Made by a program: the position numbers and the translations under genes
DNA from: an uncultured Clostridia bacterium
GTDB lineage: Bacteria > Bacillota > Clostridia > Oscillospirales > CAG-272
Length of the DNA stretch: 64,000 nucleotides
Direction of reading: 5' to 3'
NCBI GenBank assembly: GCA_944383705.1
Contig: CALWQR010000001.1
Span: forward strand, 18,718 to 82,717
Shown: piece by piece, positions 58,752 to 64,000 of the stretch
Layout of the letters: every line of letters starts with the position of its first letter
Numbering within the stretch: position 1 is the stretch's first letter
The notes under the pieces: model-generated
What the model was told of the DNA's origin: nothing
Database searches by the model: none
The model's input: the letters and a program-made list of their open reading frames with translations, nothing else

Positions 58752-60596
58752 TCAGGCGGCGCTGTCCTCAAACTGGCTGTTGTAGAGCGAGGCGTAAAAG
58801 CCGTTCTTTGCCAGCAGCCCGTCGTGGGTCCCGCTCTCGATGATGTCCCCGTCCTTCATCACCAGAATCAGGTCGGAATTGCGGATGGTGGAGAGCCGGT
58901 GCGCAATGACAAACGAGGTGCGCCCCTGCATCAGCCGGTCCATCGCGCTCTGAATCTGCTGCTCGGTGCGGGTGTCCACCGAGCTGGTTGCCTCGTCCAG
59001 AATCAGCATCGGGCGGTCGGCAATCATGGCGCGGGCAATGGTCAGCTGCTGCTTCTGCCCCTGCGAAAGACCGATGCGGTCGTCCAGCACCGTATCGTAG
59101 CCCTGCGGCAGGGTGCGCACAAAGTGATCCAGCCCCACCGCGCGGCAGGCCTCCTTCATCCGTTCGTCGGTCACATCCGGCGTATTGTAAATCAGGTTTT
59201 CGCGCACGGTTCCCTCAAATACCCATGTATCCTGCAGCACCATGCAGAACTGCGCGTGCACCTGCTCCCGGGTCATCTGCCTGGTGGAAACGCCGTCGAT
59301 GCGGATCTCTCCGCCCTGAATCTCGTGGAAGCGCATCAGCAGATTGACCATGGTGGTCTTGCCGGCGCCGGTGGGGCCGACGATGGCCACCTTCTGCCCC
59401 GGCTTTGCAACGGCCGAAAAATCGTGTATCACGGTGCGGTCGGAGTCCTCATAGCCGAACCGCACATGGTCGAACTCGACCAGGCCGCGGGCCTTCCCGA
59501 CCCGGAGCGTTTTCCCGCTCTCGTCCTCCATCTCCTCGGCCTCCAGGAACTCGAACACCCGCTCGCCGGCTGCGGCCGCCGACTGGAGCGACTGCATGGC
59601 CTGCGCGATCTGGGAGAGCGGCTGTGTGAAATAGCGCACGTACATCATAAACGCCACAATGACGCCGAAGCCGATCTCGCCGTTGAGAATCAGCGCTCCG
59701 CCGACCACGCAGACCGCCACATAGCCGAGGTTGCCGATGAAGGACATGATGGGCATCATCAGGCCCGAGAGGCACTGGGCGCGGAAGCCGCTGGCGCGCA
59801 GCCGTCCGTTCAGCTCGTCAAAGGTGCGCTCGGCGTTCTCCTCCCCGCAGTAGGCCTTGACCACCAGGTGCCCGGTGTACATCTCCTCGATGTGCCCCTC
59901 CACGTCACCCAGGCGCTGCTGCTGCATCAGAAAATACTTCTGGCTGCGGCCCATGATGGCAAACATCAGCACAAAGCCCAGCAGGCTGGCAAGCACGGCC
60001 GTGACCGTGAGAATGCCGTTGGTGACAATCATCATCACCAGGCTCCCGACAAACAGCACCACGGAGGTGACCAGGTTGGCCAGGCTCTGATTGAGCGACT
60101 GGCCGATGGTGTCCACATCGTTGGTCACGCGGGAGAGCACGTCGCCGGTGGTGGTTTTGTTATAGAACCAGATGGGCAGCCGGTTGATTTTGCCCGAGAT
60201 ATCCCCGCGCATCTGCCGCGACACCTGCTGGTTGACGGTGGCCATAATCCAGTTCTGCAGCACCGACAGCAGAAAACCCGCCACATAGAAGCCCACCAGC
60301 GTCAGCGCAATCCGGTTCACCGCATCCATATCAATGCCGCCGAGCATTCCGTTTGTGATTTCGTCGGTCATATCCGAGAGCAGCTCCGGCCCCAGCAGGT
60401 GCAGCACGGTGCCGGCCACGGCGCCGACCAGGGCAACAATCATCCATACCGTGTATTTCCGGCAGCGCCCGAGCAGCTTTTTCCAGGTGCCGATGAGATC
60501 CTTGGGCTTTTCCCCGCCTCCCCGCGGGCCCCCTCCCATCGGGCCGTGCGGGCGCGCGGCCGGACGGCCGCCGGTTTTGTGTTCGCGTTCCTTCAT
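58752..60596 (-). CDS. ABC transporter permease/ATPase (type I exporter half-transporter)
   Basis: MKEREHK.. six TM segments, then GPTGAGKTT (Walker A), LSQGQKQ (signature) and LILDEATS (Walker B). ATGA overlap with the upstream gene. Confidence 0.85.
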   Translation of the reverse strand: MKEREHKTGGRPAARPHGPMGGGPRGGGEKPKDLIGTWKKLLGRCRKYTVWMIVALVGAVAGTVLHLLGPELLSDMTDEITNGMLGGIDMDAVNRIALTLVGFYVAGFLLSVLQNWIMATVNQQVSRQMRGDISGKINRLPIWFYNKTTTGDVLSRVTNDVDTIGQSLNQSLANLVTSVVLFVGSLVMMIVTNGILTVTAVLASLLGFVLMFAIMGRSQKYFLMQQQRLGDVEGHIEEMYTGHLVVKAYCGEENAERTFDELNGRLRASGFRAQCLSGLMMPIMSFIGNLGYVAVCVVGGALILNGEIGFGVIVAFMMYVRYFTQPLSQIAQAMQSLQSAAAAGERVFEFLEAEEMEDESGKTLRVGKARGLVEFDHVRFGYEDSDRTVIHDFSAVAKPGQKVAIVGPTGAGKTTMVNLLMRFHEIQGGEIRIDGVSTRQMTREQVHAQFCMVLQDTWVFEGTVRENLIYNTPDVTDERMKEACRAVGLDHFVRTLPQGYDTVLDDRIGLSQGQKQQLTIARAMIADRPMLILDEATSSVDTRTEQQIQSAMDRLMQGRTSFVIAHRLSTIRNSDLILVMKDGDIIESGTHDGLLAKNGFYASLYNSQFEDSAA

Positions 60597-62353
60597 CCTG
60601 CCAGTTCCTCCTTTGAAAGCTGGGAAAGGGCGATCTGCCGGTAAACCTCGCAATCCCGCATCAGCTCGTCGTGCTTTCCCTTCCCTACAATTTTCCCGTC
60701 CTCCAGCACAAGGATGGTATCCGCATCGCGGATGGTGCCGATGCGCTGCGCCACAATCAGGCGGGTGGCGTCGCCGCATTCCCGACTCAGCGCCTGCCGC
60801 AGCACGCGGTCGGTTTTGTAGTCCAGCGCCGAGAAGGAGTCGTCAAAAATCAGAATCTCCGGCCGGCGGGCCACGGCGCGGGCAATGGAGAGCCGCTGCC
60901 TCTGCCCGCCCGAGAAGTTGGCGCCGCCCGGCGCGACGGCGCCGTCCAGGCCGACCTCCGGCTTCCCGACAAAGTCGCTTGCCTGTGCGGTCTGCACGGC
61001 GTGGGAAATCTCCCCGTCATCGGGCGCCGGACGCCCTCTGTCCCCGAAGGCGATGTTGGAGCGGACGGTCCCGGCAAACAGGGTGGCCTTTTGCGAAACA
61101 TATCCGATTTTATTGCGCAGCGCGTGCTGGGTATACTCCCGGACATTGACTCCGTCCACCAGGATCTCCCCTTCGGTCACGTCATAAAAGCGCGGGATGA
61201 GATTGACCACCGTGCTCTTGCCGCAGCCGGTGGCCCCGATCAGGGCAACCGTCTCACCCTGCCGGGCGGTAAAGCTGATGTCCTGCAGCACATCGTCCTC
61301 GGCGCCGGGATAGCGGAACGACACGTGCCGGAACTCCACCTCGCCCCGCAGACCCGGCCTGCCCTCGGTCAGCGCGCCATCCTGAATGCACGGCCGGGTG
61401 TCCAGCACCTCGTTGATGCGTCTGGCGGCCGTTGACGCCCGCGGCAGCATCATAAAAATCATCACCAGCATCATAAAGGCCATTACCACCTGGATGGCGT
61501 ACTGAGAAAACACCATCATGTCGGCAAACAGCACGGCCTTGTCTGCCAGGCCGGCGCTGTTGATGAGCACCGCGCCGAGCCAGTAAATCGCCAGCGAGAG
61601 GCCGCTCATCACCAGCTGGATGCCGGGCATGAGAAACGCCATTGTGCGGTAGGCGAACAGATTGGTCCCGGTCAGGGCGTCGTTCGCCTTTTCAAACTTC
61701 TGTTCCTGATACGATTCGGCGTTATAGGCGCGCACCACGCGCAGGCCGTCAAGATTCTCGCGGGTGACGCGGTTGAGATCGTCCGTCAGCTTCTGCATCC
61801 TGCGGAATTTGGGCAGGGTCAGGCAGATGCACACCCCCACCACGGCCAGCAGCACCAGGGTGGCCACGCCGGTGGAAAGCGTCCACTGCCAGCTCTTGCC
61901 TGCAATTTTGCAGATGGCCCACACCGCCATGATGGGGGCCTTGATGAGCATCTGCAGCCCCATCACAATCAGCATCTGCACCTGCATGACGTCATTTGTC
62001 GAGCGGGTGATCAGGCTGTCGGTGGAAAAGCGGCCGATTTCCTCCATCGAAAAGGACTCCACCTTGCGGAACAGGCTCCCCCGCAGGTTGGCGCCGAGAT
62101 TGGCCGCAATGCGTGCCGAGCAGACCGCTGTCACCGCCGAGGCGGCCAGGCTCCCCAGCGCGCAGAGCAGCATTTTGCCGCCTGCAAGGTAAATATCCGC
62201 CATTTCGGTTCCGGGCGTCTGCACCAGCAGGGTGATTTCGGACATATACTCCGGCATGGTCAGATCCAGCCAGACCTGCACAACGATAAACCCGATTGAG
62301 AGGACGACCAGCAGCCACTCCTCCCGTTTGAGGTGTCTGAGCATTTTCAGCAT
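60593..62353 (-). CDS. ABC transporter permease/ATPase (partner half-transporter)
   Basis: MLKMLRHLKREEW.. TMD, then GATGCGKST, FSGGQRQ and LIFDDSFS. Start re-set to ATG 62353. Confidence 0.85.
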   Translation of the reverse strand: MLKMLRHLKREEWLLVVLSIGFIVVQVWLDLTMPEYMSEITLLVQTPGTEMADIYLAGGKMLLCALGSLAASAVTAVCSARIAANLGANLRGSLFRKVESFSMEEIGRFSTDSLITRSTNDVMQVQMLIVMGLQMLIKAPIMAVWAICKIAGKSWQWTLSTGVATLVLLAVVGVCICLTLPKFRRMQKLTDDLNRVTRENLDGLRVVRAYNAESYQEQKFEKANDALTGTNLFAYRTMAFLMPGIQLVMSGLSLAIYWLGAVLINSAGLADKAVLFADMMVFSQYAIQVVMAFMMLVMIFMMLPRASTAARRINEVLDTRPCIQDGALTEGRPGLRGEVEFRHVSFRYPGAEDDVLQDISFTARQGETVALIGATGCGKSTVVNLIPRFYDVTEGEILVDGVNVREYTQHALRNKIGYVSQKATLFAGTVRSNIAFGDRGRPAPDDGEISHAVQTAQASDFVGKPEVGLDGAVAPGGANFSGGQRQRLSIARAVARRPEILIFDDSFSALDYKTDRVLRQALSRECGDATRLIVAQRIGTIRDADTILVLEDGKIVGKGKHDELMRDCEVYRQIALSQLSKEELAG

Positions 62354-62357
62354 TTCT

Positions 62358-62858
62358 TCATTCCTCGCTTTCCTTCCTGTTCTTTCCCCCGTCCCGCTCC
62401 CCGCCGGGCCACGGGCCCCGCCACGGGAGCTCCCATTCGGGGGGCTGCACAGCCGTGCGGATTTCGTTGCCCACGGCGATGAATTCCCGGATGCGCGCCC
62501 GGCCCACGCGGTCAATGACCTCCGAGAGCCGGCGGCTCAGCTCGCCCAGCATCCGGGTGCAGAGCGCCCTGCCCTGGTCCGAAAGCCGGATCATGCTTTT
62601 GCGCGCGTCATGCGCGTCCGATACCCGGTCGATCAGCTCCCGCGATTCCATTTTCTTCAGCAGCACCGCGACCCGCGCCGTGCTGACCTGCAAAAAGCGG
62701 CTGATTTCCCCGGCGCTCACCGGCCCGCCGGCCTCGTACAGATAGCGCATTACCGCGCTGACGCCGGCGCCGGTCTCCCCGATCCGCCGGAAAAACTCGT
62801 CCCCATGCAGGGCCTCCAGCGCGGCGCAAAGCTCGGCCACTTCCTCTTTGGTTGCCAT
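62358..62858 (-). CDS. MarR family transcriptional regulator
   Basis: Winged HTH SAGEISRFLQVSTARVAVLLKKMESRELIDRVSDAHDARKSMIRLSDQG. Confidence 0.8.
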   Translation of the reverse strand: MATKEEVAELCAALEALHGDEFFRRIGETGAGVSAVMRYLYEAGGPVSAGEISRFLQVSTARVAVLLKKMESRELIDRVSDAHDARKSMIRLSDQGRALCTRMLGELSRRLSEVIDRVGRARIREFIAVGNEIRTAVQPPEWELPWRGPWPGGERDGGKNRKESEE

Positions 62859-63122
62859 CCTGTCTGCTCCTTTCTATTTTGCTAACCGGGTTAGATTATA
62901 GCGCATGAATCTGACGGCCGCATGGCGGAACGCGCAAGATTCCGTGAACGTTCCGCTAATGTTTGATGTGAAAACAGGATTGCCGGCTTCATATATGAAG
63001 AAAACGAAATATTCGCCCCGGTTTGCCGCACAAACAAAAAAAGCCGCAGGCGCGGGTGGCCGCCCGGGCGGGTTCCCGGGCGGGTTGCCCGGGCGGCGCG
63101 ATATCCTTCCCCGCACCGCTGC

Positions 63123-64000
63123 TTACAGCTCGTAATGCAGCGGGTAGGTCAGGTAGTGCGGCTCCTCCAGTTCGTCGGCCGTCACATAGCCTGCCGGCGC
63201 GTTCAGCAGGGACGGAATGCGGTTGACAATGGTGGCGCAGGTGTGCTCCACGGTGGCGGGCTTGACGACGCGGAACTCGGCGTCGGGCTCGCCGCTAATC
63301 TTCCAGTCGCACAGGTCCCCGTCGTCCGGGCCGTATACCTTGCCGATGGTTTCCTCCTCAATCACAATTCCCTGGGCGGTCTCGATGGTCACCACCGCCG
63401 ACATGCCGATGCAGCGGCCGGCCGGGATGGTTTTGCCCAGCGTTTCGCTGTATAAATCCCGGTCTGCGATATAGGGAACGTTCTCCTGCCGGATCGAGCT
63501 GACGGTCAGCCCCAGCTTGTTGCAGATGGCCTCGGCTGCGTTCCAAGCGTAGGACGGGACCACCTCGGCCGGATGCGCCAGCTCGGCCTCAAACTCCTCG
63601 CGTGTCAGGTCGCAGCCGTGCGCCTTGGCCAGCGCCAGGCCGTACTCGTCTACATTGTAGCTGTAGGACCCCTTGATTTTGCGGATGCAGTGGCAGCCGG
63701 CGGCCACCATGGCCACCATGTTGATCCAGAAAATGTCCTGCATCCCGCTGCCGGTCACGGTGCAGCCGTACTCCTTGGCCAACGCGTCCAGCCGGTTGGT
63801 GAGCGCTGCCGATGTGGTCCAGGGATAAATCGCCTCCTCGCAGGTGGTAATGACGTTGACACCCCGCCGGACGCACTTTTCCACCTGCTCGTAAATGTCC
63901 TCCATAAAGCTGAACAGCGTGACAATTGCCACGTCGGCGTCGCACCCGTCCAGCACCTTGTCCGCATCATCGGAAATCAAAACGCCGGTTTTGACGCCCA
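63123..64000 (-). CDS. DapB-like NAD(P)-dependent (amine) dehydrogenase family protein; N-terminus lies beyond the window end
   Basis: The frame stays open to the window edge. [26 protein letters not shown] pattern resembles the dihydrodipicolinate reductase-like / 2,4-diaminopentanoate dehydrogenase family. Tentative. Confidence 0.5.
   Translation of the reverse strand, partial: GVKTGVLISDDADKVLDGCDADVAIVTLFSFMEDIYEQVEKCVRRGVNVITTCEEAIYPWTTSAALTNRLDALAKEYGCTVTGSGMQDIFWINMVAMVAAGCHCIRKIKGSYSYNVDEYGLALAKAHGCDLTREEFEAELAHPAEVVPSYAWNAAEAICNKLGLTVSSIRQENVPYIADRDLYSETLGKTIPAGRCIGMSAVVTIETAQGIVIEEETIGKVYGPDDGDLCDWKISGEPDAEFRVVKPATVEHTCATIVNRIPSLLNAPAGYVTADELEEPHYLTYPLHYEL

Noticed and set aside
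410-60644. Very long ORFs antisense to strong genes (e.g. 410..2602 +, 3704..5647 +, 11759..14197 +, 19417..21165 +, 21652..23625 +, 23637..25139 +, 32082..35339 -, 45515..47116 +, 55214..58483 +, 58824..60644 +)
   Set aside because: Each lies opposite a gene with clear family motifs (SGNH, SBP, PaaK, IorA, ANL ligase, YhaN, GlmS, PFOR, ABC). Their translations are low-complexity, Arg/Gly/Ala/His/Pro/Val-rich strings without motifs or RBS. This is the typical stop-codon-poor antisense frame of high-GC DNA.
9373-62515. N-terminal extensions in the ORF track (e.g. 11649, 19466, 21240, 25298, 26625, 29042, 30484, 31629, 40735, 47191, 48127, 51254, 52758, 54931, 60779, 62515 starts)
   Set aside because: The track takes the most upstream ATG/GTG/TTG. 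In each case a downstream start is preceded by a Shine-Dalgarno sequence and begins a recognisable signal peptide or the conserved family N-terminus. The extension often overlaps the upstream gene or a promoter.

Overview
High-GC Firmicutes/Clostridia-type chromosomal segment. spoIIR, a T-box leader, a glmS ribozyme, iorAB/paaK and PFOR point to an anaerobic spore-former, possibly Oscillospiraceae-like; that taxonomy is inference only. All product calls come from reading motifs in the supplied translations, with no database search. I count about 50 credible protein genes, 2 tRNAs, 2 cis-regulatory RNAs and several repeat families. Many long ORFs in the track are antisense artefacts of the high GC content. 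The track also uses the most upstream ATG/GTG/TTG, so I re-set many starts using RBS or signal-peptide evidence.

Layout:
- 1-6250 (-): tandem paralogous secreted CBM9-like/SGNH proteins, two solute-binding lipoproteins (one truncated) and a nucleoside-hydrolase-like gene. A divergent AraC regulator follows.
- 7339-9100: XRE-S24 repressor, divergent consensus promoters, a small membrane ORF and a ~380-bp tandem repeat array.
- 9264-18748: a visibly lower-GC five-gene block of surface proteins (GLUG-repeat protein, 42-aa ORF, two ComEC-type MBL proteins, CBM9-TM-SBP fusion). It is bracketed by two direct copies of the same ~40-bp palindrome.
- 18867-25491 (-): a six-gene operon (acyl-CoA ligase, iorA, iorB, paaK, ACT, thioesterase) behind a complete T-box leader whose specifier reads UAC (Tyr).
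- 25618-28772 (-): ydjGHI-like TPM / zinc-ribbon / SPFH module.
- 29120-36589: DUF1292, hemW, yhaO/yhaN-like nuclease-ATPase pair, acetyltransferase and an MFS transporter.
- 36564-37268 and 44143-45200: two copies of an ORF-less mosaic repeat bounded by inverted termini.
- 37933-38123: tRNA-Thr(UGU) and tRNA-Tyr(GUA).
- 38273-44131: housekeeping genes (HAD, ddl, prmC, rbfA, DHH phosphoesterase, spoIIR).
- 45200-49446 (-): glmM, a GlmU-C-like acetyltransferase, the glmS ribozyme and glmS.
- 49609-64000: AraC/GT-C/DUF4886/CPBP genes, a TIGR04076-like gene, PFOR, a MarR plus heterodimeric ABC exporter, and a partial DapB-like dehydrogenase.

The most interesting items are the Tyr T-box in front of the ior/paaK operon, the repeat-bracketed low-GC surface-protein island, the mosaic inverted-terminus repeats, and the 69-bp tandem array.
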